Origin: Eledone cirrhosa
Lineage: Eukaryota
NCBI GenBank assembly: GCA_964016885.1
Contig: OZ024741.1
Location: forward strand, 270,444,001-270,508,000
Direction: 5' to 3'
DNA length: 64,000 bases
Shown here: positions 53,555 to 64,000 of the stretch, piece by piece
Layout: each line of letters starts with the position of its first letter
Position numbering within the stretch: the first letter of the stretch is position 1
Program-made: the position numbers and the translations under genes
Notes under the pieces: generated by a model
The model's database searches: none
The model's input: the letters and a program-made list of their open reading frames with translations, nothing else
Told to the model about the DNA's origin: nothing

Positions 53555-55380
53555 GTCGTGTGTCTGCCCACCAAATTTTCCCCTAGTCAGCCAGGAGTAG
53601 GTACCAAGCTGAGTTGTGAGGCTGCCATTAGAACTCCCAAAGGTTATCCTCAAACTAGATCTCAGGAACATCTTCAATTCCATCAGTCAGGATGTCATCC
53701 TCTATTCAGTAAAGGTGAGGACCGCGCAGCTCTACCACTTTGCTTGGAAAGCTTATCGGAAGCCCTCCTACCTCTTCTTTGGCAACCATTTCATTCTATC
53801 TGCCTCAGGGATCAACAGGTTGACTTATTCTGATCTGTTCTATTTGCACTGGGTATCAATGCCATTAACAAGATGGGAGCTTACCTGGATTTGAATGTCT
53901 GATATCTTGATGATGCTTGTTTGGGGGGGTCCTCCAGATAAGGTCCTTGTAATTGTGAGGACTATAATTAATGAACTTGGTTGTAGGGGCCTTCACATCA
54001 ACAGTTCCAAACACGAGCTCTGGTTCCTCAACCACCCAGTTTCACATCAACAGACTGTAAAACTGTTTACAGATTCCTTCTCCTCTATCATGCCCCCCCC
54101 CCCTCCCCTCATCAGCATGGTGCTCCTTTGGAGCCCCAGTTACTGACCAAGCTTTCAAGTTCATCTTTCAATCCAAGTTGGCTAACCTTGAGCAACTTTT
54201 TAAAAACTTTGAGGCTATTGAGCCTCACCTAGGTTTCTTTATACTTAGGAATTACTTGTTGATTCTTAAGTTGTATTTTCTCAGAGTTAGTCCCTCTTTT
54301 AGGTTGTCTTTCCAATGCTTTGATGACTTAATCTCCAATGAACTTAAATGCTTGGTCCATGCCAGGTTCTCTTTAGAGTCCCATAACCAGGCTACCTTGC
54401 CTAAATCGTTTTGGCGTTCTCAGTCTGTGTAAATGCTCGTCTCTGTCTCTTCCTTGTTTCCTTTCCACCATCCATGCTTGTTCCCCTTTGATAGGTAACA
54501 TTCTCTCCTTTCCACCATGGACTAGTTTCAACAGGGAGCTGGATGAAACTTCTACTACACGAGAGAGTTTGTCAGTTGCTGATCCAGCAGAAGATAGGCA
54601 GAAGCAGAGAGTATGGGACAATCTGTGTTTGAGTGATACCTTCACATTGCTCTTTGATCAATCTGAACAATTTTTAAGGTGTCACCTACTTTCTGCAAGC
54701 ACAAAATTCTCAGGGGACTGGGTTGATTCCCTGCTTGTAGCCAACATTGGTGGTCTACTCAATCTGGATGAGCTCCAAATCTCCATTGCACTCTGAGTGG
54801 GAGTGGGAGTCAATGTCTGTTGAGGTCTGAAATGTCGCTGTTGTGGGCCTCTCAACTCCACAGGTCTCCATGGTTTGTTTTGCTGCCTGAATGCTGGTCC
54901 CTTTGCCTGCCACACTGAGCTAAACCTGATCATTAAATGGGCCCTAGCTCGAGTAAATATCACTTCAGTTCTGGAGCCAGCTGGATTATCTTGAATTGAT
55001 GGGAAGAGACCAGATGGTCTTACTCTTTGTTCCTGGGTAAGAGATAGATGTCTCATCTGGGATTCCACAGTCAGTGACTCTTTTGCTCCCTTCTCATCAT
55101 GGATGCCATGGTAAATATGAGAATCACTGCTTCCATTGCCAAATGGAATAAAATCCTAAAATACCAGGATTTATTAATTATTTTTTCCAGCCTGTGGCAT
55201 TTGAGACATATGGTAGAGCTGGGCTGCTGACAGCAAAGTTCTTGACATCATTAGTGGCTTGCCTTACCGAGGTGTCAGGTGATGCCCATGAGAGTGCTTC
55301 GTTGTTTCAGCATTTTAGCCTCGCCCTCACCTGCGGTATTGCTGCAAGTGTGTTGGCTTGTCTCAAAAATTTCCAATGAT
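53555..55380 (+). mobile_element. Degraded CRE-like non-LTR retrotransposon (RT + restriction-like endonuclease)
   Basis: Fragments LKLDLRNIFNSI, (Y)[13 protein letters not shown]....LIWDSTV, PVAFETYG and FQHFSLAL. Confidence 0.75.
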
Positions 55381-55464
55381 CCTTGTGGTGTGTGACACAT
55401 GTTTTTTTTTTTTGTTGGGGGAGTCCCTCACTTTGATCATATATTTTTGTGTATTATATTTACA

Positions 55465-55805
55465 ATCATCATCATCATTTCATTTCATTTTACGTCCGCT
55501 TTTTCCCTGCTTGCAAGGGTGGGACGGGAACTGATGCTGGCTTGATTTCTACAGCTGGATGCCCTTCCTAACACCAACCTCATTTACAGTGAGTTCTGGG
55601 TGCTTTTTTTTCCGTGGCACCTCCACGACCACTTTGCAGTGGAATGATATGGACCCCAGTCCCTATCATCTCATTTCTACAGCTGAATAAACTGGAGCAA
55701 TATGAAATAAAGTGTCTTGCTCAAGGAAACAACACATCACCCGGTCTGAGAATTGAACTCACAACCTTTCGATTGCAAGGCCAATGCTCTAACCACTAAG
55801 CCATG
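55465..55805 (-). mobile_element. tRNA-derived SINE
   Basis: Reverse complement of the 25230 family. Confidence 0.85.
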
Positions 55806-56623
55806 GTTCCTAGCAATAGTTAATTGATTGCATGTATGTACTTCTATTCAATCTTATATATTTGTTATATTCCTCGACTGAGTTGTATGTTGTGTTCTTG
55901 AGCAAAACATTTCATTTCACATTGCTTCAGTATACTCAGTTGAAAATGAGTATCTGCAATAGCTGGGGGTTTAACTCTGTGATGGACATACGTCCTGACC
56001 ATGGGGGTGTCTTGTACTCTCAGTTGCTTAACACCAAGGAAACTGGCAATGACCTGATGAGTCTCAAGGGTTGGGATAGACTTTAGACTTTTAGACTAAT
56101 ATTTTGTAAGGTGGTGAATCGGCAGAGTTGTTAGAGTGTCGGATATAGTGCTTTGCAGTATTTATTTCATCTCTCTACTCTGAGTTCAAATCCCACCGAA
56201 GTCAACTTTGACATTTATCCATTCAAGGTCAATAACAAAAGTACTAGTCAAGTTCTCGGGTCGATTCTTCCTCTCTATCTCTTTCTCACTTCCATTCGTT
56301 TATGCTTTATCCTTCTCTGGAAGAAATCTGCCATATTCAGGTCTGGAGAGGGATGGACTCTGCCAGGTTTAAAAATGCCCTAGAAGCATCATATATCACT
56401 ACGGCACCCCTACGACTCTCCCGGGAGTTGTGGAACCATACATGCATAATACTTCATGAATGGAGTCAGAATATTTTTAATGGTTTATCTGGTGTTTCTC
56501 CATGTTCTGTTATTATTAGATCTTCTACCCACAAATACAATCATTGCTGGAAACTAGTTATCCTTTCTTTTCTTTTACCTGTAACACCTGGTAGAGTCGT
56601 AGGATTGCTATAGTGACCACAAG

Positions 56624-56660
<37 letters not shown>

Positions 56661-56764
56661 TCGGAAAATTTATTCATTTTTGTCAGAAAAATTATAAACG
56701 TCAGCACCCCAAAAAATGTTAGGAGCAATACGCTTATGGTAGTGATATACACATTTATCAAATT

Positions 56765-57940
56765 AAGTTTATTTCACTGATGGGGAAAGGTTTATTTCAC
56801 TGATGGGGCAAAGGTTTATTTCACTGATGGGGAAAGGGTTTATTTCCTGGATGAGATAAAATTGATTTTACTGATGGGGCAAAGTTTATTTTATTGATGG
56901 GGGAAAAGGTTTATTTCACTGATGGGAAAAGGGTTTATTTCACTGATGGGGAAAGGGTTTATTTCACTGATTTGGAAAAGGTTTATTTCACTGATGGAGA
57001 AAAGGTTTATTTCACAGATGGGATAAAGTTTATTTTACTGATGGGATAAAGTTTATTTTATTGATGGGAAAAGGGTTTATTTCACTGATGGGGAAAGGGT
57101 TTATTTCACTGATGGGGAAAAGGTTTATTTCACTGATGGGGAAAAGGTTTATTTCACAGATGGGAAAAGGGTTTATTTCACTGATGGGATAAAGTTTATT
57201 TTACTGATGGGGAAAGGGTTTATTTCACTGATGGGGAAAGGGTTTATTTCACTGATGGGGAAAAGGTTTATTTCACTGATGGGGAAAAGGTTTATTTCAC
57301 TGATGGGGAAAGGGTTTATTTCACTGATGGGATAAAGTTTATTTTACTGATGGGGAAAGGGTTTATTTCACTGATGGGGAAAGGGTTTATTTCACTGATG
57401 GGGAAAAGGTTTATTTCACTGATGAGATAAAGTTTATTTCACTGATGGGGAAAGGGTTTATTTCACTGATGGGGGAAGGGTTTATTTTACTGATGGGGGA
57501 AAGGTTTATTTCACTGACGGGATAAAATTTATTTCACTGATGAGATAAATTTTATTTCCTGGATGGGATAAAATTGATTTTACTGATGGGATAAAGTTTA
57601 TTTCATTGATGGAGGAAAGGTTTATTGATGGGGAAAAGGTTTATTTTACTGATGGGATAAAGTTATTTTACTGATGGGGGAAAGGTTTATTTTACTGATG
57701 GAGGAAAGGTTTATTTCACTGATAGGATAAAGTTATTTCACTGGTGGGGGAAAATATTTATTTTACTGATAGGATAAAGTTATTTTACTGATGGGGAAAA
57801 GGTTTATTTTACTGATGGGATCAAATTATTTTAATGATGGGGAAAAGGTTTATTTTACTGATGAGGAAAAGGTTTATTTTACTGATGGGATAAAGTTATT
57901 TTACTGATGGGGGAAAGGTTTATTTCACTGATGGGATAAA
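56765..57940. repeat. ~23-bp minisatellite, roughly 50 units
   Basis: TTTATTTCACTGATGGGGAAAGG variants in tandem. Confidence 0.95.
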
Positions 57941-59134
57941 GATAAATCCTATTCTTATGTATCCCTGTTACCTTTCGCTCCTGTTGTTCATGTTGCTTTA
58001 CTACATAACCTTCTACCTACTACCAACAACAAACATGTAGCTGTCATTGTTCCCTGCTTCCCCTACCATCCTATCAATCTATCCCTCCACCACTTCATAT
58101 AACAATACTTTCCCCCCTTTCAACCCTGTCACCATCACACTTTCCTCTCCTCACCACACATTTCTTAGGTCCTGTTTGCCTTCAGAGAATCTGAACTGTA
58201 TATAACAGTAAATATAGTGAAGGTCATATGAAGTTCTATATAAGTTTATTTAATTAAATAAATTAGCTATCTAAACTATAATAAAGTAAGGAGTGCGGGA
58301 CTGCGTCCAGAATATATTTCTTTATCCTGTTTGTAAAATAAGTTGGATTACTTTGAATAAATAATTGTTTCTACTTTTGGCACAAAGCCAGCAATTACCC
58401 AGTGTATTACTGGTACTTTATTTTATTGACCCCATAAGGATGAAAGGCAAAGTTAACCTCGGCGGGATTTGAACTCAGAATGGCAAGGGCCGTAACTCTA
58501 TGTGTCAAAGCATAGCGTGGGACCCTCACTTTGAATAAATAATGAATGAATATTACATAATTTATCTACTAAATTTCGTTATTCTTGATTAAATATAAAT
58601 AATTTTGTTATTTTAAGATTCATTTCTTTAAAATTTTCAAATGTCAACACTTCCGGTTAGCGATCGCTTAAATAAACGTTCATATATTTCCGTGACTAAT
58701 TTTCTCCTAATGCAGTTTATATATAATATCGTCTTTTTTTAATGTATCATGGATTACATTACTGGTTATATAAGACAGTGTAACGTAGTCTTCGTTCAAT
58801 TTCTCTGTATATTGTCAATTACAATGTTATTTAATGTATCATATCTACATGCATATATACTTGCATATAATATCAATATGCACGCTACACATGCTAGCAG
58901 AAAACCACCTGAAGGGAGGTTTTTCTGCTAGTTATATATAATTCACTTGGGTCCACAAATAGTCTGTTGTCATTGTGATACAGGGGCCGGCAAGCTCAAT
59001 GACGACAGGCTAAATGCTGGCACCTTGTATCGAAAATCATGGAAGTTACTTGTTTTTACATATTATTGCTATCTGAGGAACTCGAGCTGATGGGTTAAAA
59101 CACACCACTTATTCATTGACCCCAGTACAATGTA

Positions 59135-60190
59135 TCATCATCGTTTCACATCCTTTTTCCATGTTAACATGGGTTACATGGGTTGTCCCACTAGAAGCAA
59201 GTCGGGTCAAGTGACCGTGTCTTTTTCATACAGAACTGTTTCTGGCTAGGTTGGATGCCCTTCCTAATGCCAAACTCATTTACAGTGAGTACTGGGTGCT
59301 TTTTGTTGTGACACCTACACAACCACATTACAGTGTTGGCTGGATGCCTTTTGTTGTGACACCTACACAACCACTTTACAGTATGGTGTGGGTGCTTTTT
59401 ATCATGAAACCTACCAACCACTTTACAGTATGAGCTGGGTGCTTTTTGTTGTGACACCTACACAACCACTTTACAGTGTAGACTGAGTGCTTTTTGTCAT
59501 CACCTATAAAACCACTTTACAGTGTCGGCTGGGTGCTTTTTGTCATGACTCCTACATGACCACTTTACAGTGTCGGCTGGGTGCTTGTTGTCATGACTCC
59601 TACATGACCACTTTATAGTGTGGGCTGAGTGATTTTTGTCATAACACCTACACAACCACTTTAGGGTGTTGACTGGGTGCTTTTTGTTGTGACACCTACA
59701 TGACCATTTTACAGTGTGCGCTGGGTGCATTTTGTCAAGTAACCTACACAACCACTTTACAGTGTGTGCTGGGTGCTTTTTGTCATGAGACCTATGTGAC
59801 TACTTTACAGTGTGGACTGGGTGCTTTTTATTGTGACACCTATACAACCACTTTACAGTGTGGACTGTGTACTTTTTGTTGTGACACCTACACAACCACT
59901 TTACGGTGTGGACTGGGTACATTTTGTTGTGACACCTACACAACCATTCTACAGTGTGGACTGGGTGCTTTTTGTTGTGAGACCTATGTGACCACTTTAT
60001 AGTGTGCGCTGGGTGCATTTTGTCAAGTCACCTACACAACCACTTTACGGTGTGGACTGGGTGCTTTTTGTCGTGACACCTATAGAACCACTTTACAGTG
60101 TGGACTGGGTACATTTTGTGAAGTCACCTACACAACCACTTTACGGTGTGGATTGGGTGCCTTTTGTCGAGACACCTCCACAACCACTTT
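59135..60190 (-). repeat. SINE/RTE tail with ~19 tandem 48-bp units
   Basis: CCACTTTACAGTGTGGACTGGGTGCTTTTTGTTGTGACACCTACACAA array continuous with the (CAT)n-ended tail. Confidence 0.9.
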
Positions 60191-60374
60191 GGCTAATTAA
60201 ATAAATTTACAGCTAACTTTATATGGTCTTTGCTATATTTACTGTTCTGTATGCTCCAACCTGCCTACCAAAATTAACGGGGATTGGTGCAGGTCATAGA
60301 GTTCTTTATCCTATTTACATTATTGTTGACTGATATATATATATATATATATATATTGTAAAGCTGATGGCCGT

Positions 60375-60743
60375 ATCATTTTACGTCCGCTTTTCCCTGC
60401 TTGCAAGGGTGGGACGGGAACTGATTCTGGCTTAATTTCTACAGCTGGATGTCCTTCCTAACACCAACCTCATTTACAGTGAGAGCAGGGTGCTTTTTTT
60501 CCGTGGTGCTTACGCATCCACTTTACAGTGTGGGCTGGGTGCTTTTTTTGCCGTGGCACCTCCACGACCACTTTGCAATGGAATGATAGGGACCCTAGTC
60601 TTATCATCTAATTTCTACAGCTGAGTAAACTGGAGCAATGTCAAATAAAGTGTCTTGCACAAGGAAACAACACATCACCCGGTCTGAGAATTGAACTCAC
60701 AACCTTTCGATTGCAAGGCCAATGCTCTAACCACTAAGCCATG
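60375..60743 (-). mobile_element. tRNA-derived SINE
   Basis: Reverse complement of the 25230 family, with two internal ~48-bp units. Confidence 0.85.
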
Positions 60744-61779
60744 TAACAAACTTTTCGCCAAACGGCTGGACCAAACAGCACCAAAGATGTAACTTTTTCC
60801 AAGTAAGAAAGTGAGGGTACTTTTGTCTACTAAATTTAGTTAAAAGATTAAAGATATTTTATCGTTTATTTAAATATTCACTTCTTTAAAATTTTCAAAT
60901 GTCAACACTTCCGGTTATACAACATTCCTCTATCTTTCTTAGTCTGTATTTTTAGATAGATACATAGCTATAACGTCGCGCCCTTATAATATGTTTCTGT
61001 ATGTCTGGCTGCCTGCATTAGATAACGTTTTTCGAAATATTTACTTCTGCGTTCACAGATTGATTTTTTTAGTTTCATAAGATCCCGTTAAGGGTGAAAG
61101 CAGCGATTCTTTGCTTAAACTTTAATCTGTTATTTTAATATATATATATATATATATAATTATACATTCGTGTACAGATATTTTTGCACACACAAAAACA
61201 AAATATAAACAAACATATTTATTTGACGAAAGTACAGACGGCTTATCGTCATTGTTACTGCCAATATGCCACCCAAAAAGTGCCAGCCAGGCCACAAGAT
61301 CAGATTTTCCAGAGGAAAAAATGTTACTAGAGCAACAGAGAGAGACTAAAACCCTAAAAGTGGCTGGCCCTCATCTGGGAAAACCATGCTTCTCCCATGG
61401 TCAATTGTATGAGGGATGCTCTAGAGGGAGCTTGCTAAACAATCTCTTCATCTTTGCTCCCGAGGGCCGAACAAAAGATATTGTATACTCTGAGGCTCTA
61501 ACACTGTAATTTATGTATTTTCTGTTACTTGGAATTTCCATTATGGTTGTACAAATTATTGTAAAGTTTGTTAAAAAATTTCTTCTCTGTTCAGCCTTTA
61601 TTGTTGTAACTATCAATTTTCTTTAACGTACTGGCTGCTGAACTGGGGAATCCTCAAAACTATTCAAACCCAACATCAGAGAACGTTACCCCCCCCCCCC
61701 CTAGCTGACTTGAGAGAGCATGGGGTACCTTTGCACTGGAGTGGAGGGGAGATTCCTGAAAAGATAAAAAAAAGGTACA

Positions 61780-61813
61780 CCTAGCCGTGTGGCAGCCGGA
61801 CGGGCCAGCTAGT
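61780..61813 (+). mobile_element. Helitron-like 3' terminus
   Basis: CCGT...ACGG hairpin followed by GCTAG-T. Confidence 0.45.
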
Positions 61814-63549
61814 ATATATATTAGAAAATTAGGTTCTTTTTCCAAAATGAAAAAAAAGGAGATGTCCTACACGAGTGAAAGTATAAGGAAAAAAGATGAA
61901 ATCGAAAATGCAACTGGAGTCTTTTTAAGAATATTTATTTGGTTCCTTTACCGGTTTCGCAGTTCTTATGCTTTTCAAAAGTAGAATTGAGATGGAGGGT
62001 TTGTGGTTTTTCTCGCATGTGTATATATAAATATATATATATATATATATACATATACATGTATATAAATATATATATATACATATATATATATCATCAT
62101 CATTGTTTAACGTCAATTTTCCACGCTAGCATGGGTTTAGACATACACATATATATATATTACTGTATGGAGTTAATCAACAGGAGTTGTGCAATCCACA
62201 CTCCAATCAGTCAACAGTGATGTAAACACTCTATGACCTGCACCAATCCCTGTTAGTTATATATTTATATACGGGATAACAAGTTATCGTTGTAGGTAAT
62301 CCTGTTAGAGTACTCCGTGTTGTGGATGGTTTTAACGTATGGCTAAGTTTGACTCAACAAGACGCTTCCATAGTGATGCAACGAGTGCGCGGTGATTTCT
62401 ATGTAGGTTATACTTGGAGTAATAATAATTCAAGAAATAAGAGTAACATGGTTGGCTGTACAATAAGAGCTTTATTCACAGTGCTGACAATTGTTTCGTT
62501 GATCTGGTCGGTCTAGAGCTCGCTAATTGCTTGGTGTTGCGTCAATCGATCTACAATACTTTGTTTACAACCAGTCAATACATCAGAGTGCATGGATATC
62601 TACGCACTCTGATGTATTGATTACCCGCTTAAAGTGCTTGTATTGCATATAACACCCTGCCGCACAATAATCATATATAAATAAGACACACGTGCATGCC
62701 CCACGTGTAACTAATGCATACAATAACTACTACAACTGACTAACAAATATCCTCTTGCATTATCTAGGTTAACTGCCGATGTTGTATTTTAATTTTAATT
62801 TTGCTTTGATTCTGTTTTAATATGATTTTAATTTTTGAATTTAAATTGCCATTCAGAAATAATATAATATATGTCACCCCACTGTGCATCAATATATACA
62901 TATGTATCTGTATGTCTCTTGCGTTGGAAAGGAGGTCATGAATGTATACAAACATTAAATAATGCTCCGAAGATTCCAAACCTCGGTTTGGATGAAACAA
63001 TTGTAAGCTAATAAATGGTTTGAACATAACTTTGATTCCTGTGAATTCTATATAACTGCTCTGTAGAACAACTGATGTTATTACATTGAGCTATTTATCT
63101 TACTGGTAATAAGGTAGTAATAAATTACTGTCTTTCACTGTTTAGGGTTTAAAATATATATGACTATAAAAAGTTTTAGTATATACATAACCATAAATAA
63201 TATCCTTAATACTATATATATATATATATATATCAGGGAAAGGCGGACGTAAAATGATGATGATGATATCTATATATTAATTTCAACAATGTCATTATTC
63301 CGTGTGTCATAATTCTCGATTATCATTGGTTCATAGGTTTCAAATGACTCCGCCCACCTCAACGACGCCAAACTTAAATTAATATGCATAATGCCAATGA
63401 GGGAGTGAGAGAGAGAGTAAGAAACAGAGAGGCAAAGTGAATGCTGTAACTATAACCATGTGTACGTGTGTATGTACGTGCGCATATGTTTATGTGTGTG
63501 CGCGTGCGTGCAGCGTTCCACAGAAAGTAAAAGCAATTCGACTTTATCA

Positions 63550-63900
63550 AACTGAACTACAGCGGTGACGGCATGCAGCCAGGAATGAAGAAAAACGGGC
63601 CAAACAGCGCCATTGGAACGCCGAACTTCAGAGGCGAAGATGTGTCGCCATGAATGAAGAGGAGCTGGATGAACAACGGCAACGAAACACTGGAGCCAAG
63701 CAGCGACGGCGTGCTGCGATGGTTGAAGACGAACTGGCTGAGCATCATCTTTTACAACCACGTCTATGCAATGATACACATTTTACAGTCAGGCAGAAGA
63801 TGAACCATCTCCTAGAGGTCACTATTCTAGGTGGGAGCACCTAGAATTGTTCATATATGCACAAACGGTACAACGAAGAATCTGGTATATCTGGAAGATT
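63550..63900 (+). mobile_element. Possible Helitron RepHel N-terminal remnant
   Basis: R/E/Q-rich repetitive translation (MNEEELDEQRQRN...RRRAAM) of the kind seen at Helitron ORF starts; no catalytic motifs visible. Confidence 0.3.
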
Positions 63901-64000
63901 TTTTTAACTGTTTTTTTGTATCACACAGACACACGGACTCGCCTCATACTGTAACCAGACAAACATCCAATACAGTCATTTTCTCTTTTACCTGTCTTCT

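Noticed and set aside
56765-57940. CRISPR array or hammerhead array (CTGATG and GAAA in each unit)
   Set aside because: No unique spacers, eukaryotic context, the core is mostly CTGATGG rather than CTGANGA, and there are no stems.
59270-60190. Cys/His-rich repeat protein ORFs
   Set aside because: Translation of a 48-bp SINE-derived tandem repeat.
62322-62516. Short ORF with hydrophobic end (possible signal peptide)
   Set aside because: Stops immediately, with no strong donor and no downstream exon identifiable.

Overview
AT-rich, microsatellite-dense eukaryotic DNA. The SINE/RTE-LINE repertoire suggests a coleoid cephalopod, probably an octopod (inference). One host gene can be reconstructed by hand on the minus strand (~4.7-25 kb, six exons with consistent splice phases). 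It encodes a ~364-aa type-I membrane protein: signal peptide, two Cys-rich three-finger (LU/ET-module-like) domains, an acidic Ser-rich stalk, one TM helix and a tail with YxxPhi and dileucine motifs. The rest is mostly transposon-derived: decayed RTE LINEs with a PHD-like finger, a Penelope-like RT fragment, a CRE-like element, a CR1/L2 3' end, two tRNA-derived SINE groups, Tc1/mariner, Tigger- and piggyBac-like MITEs, Helitrons and several minisatellites. The most notable non-coding signal is a dispersed family of type-I hammerhead ribozyme motifs with covarying stems, in short elements inside (TA)n tracts, including a pair inside a ~320-bp palindrome. All calls are by eye, no searches were run, and repeat boundaries are approximate.
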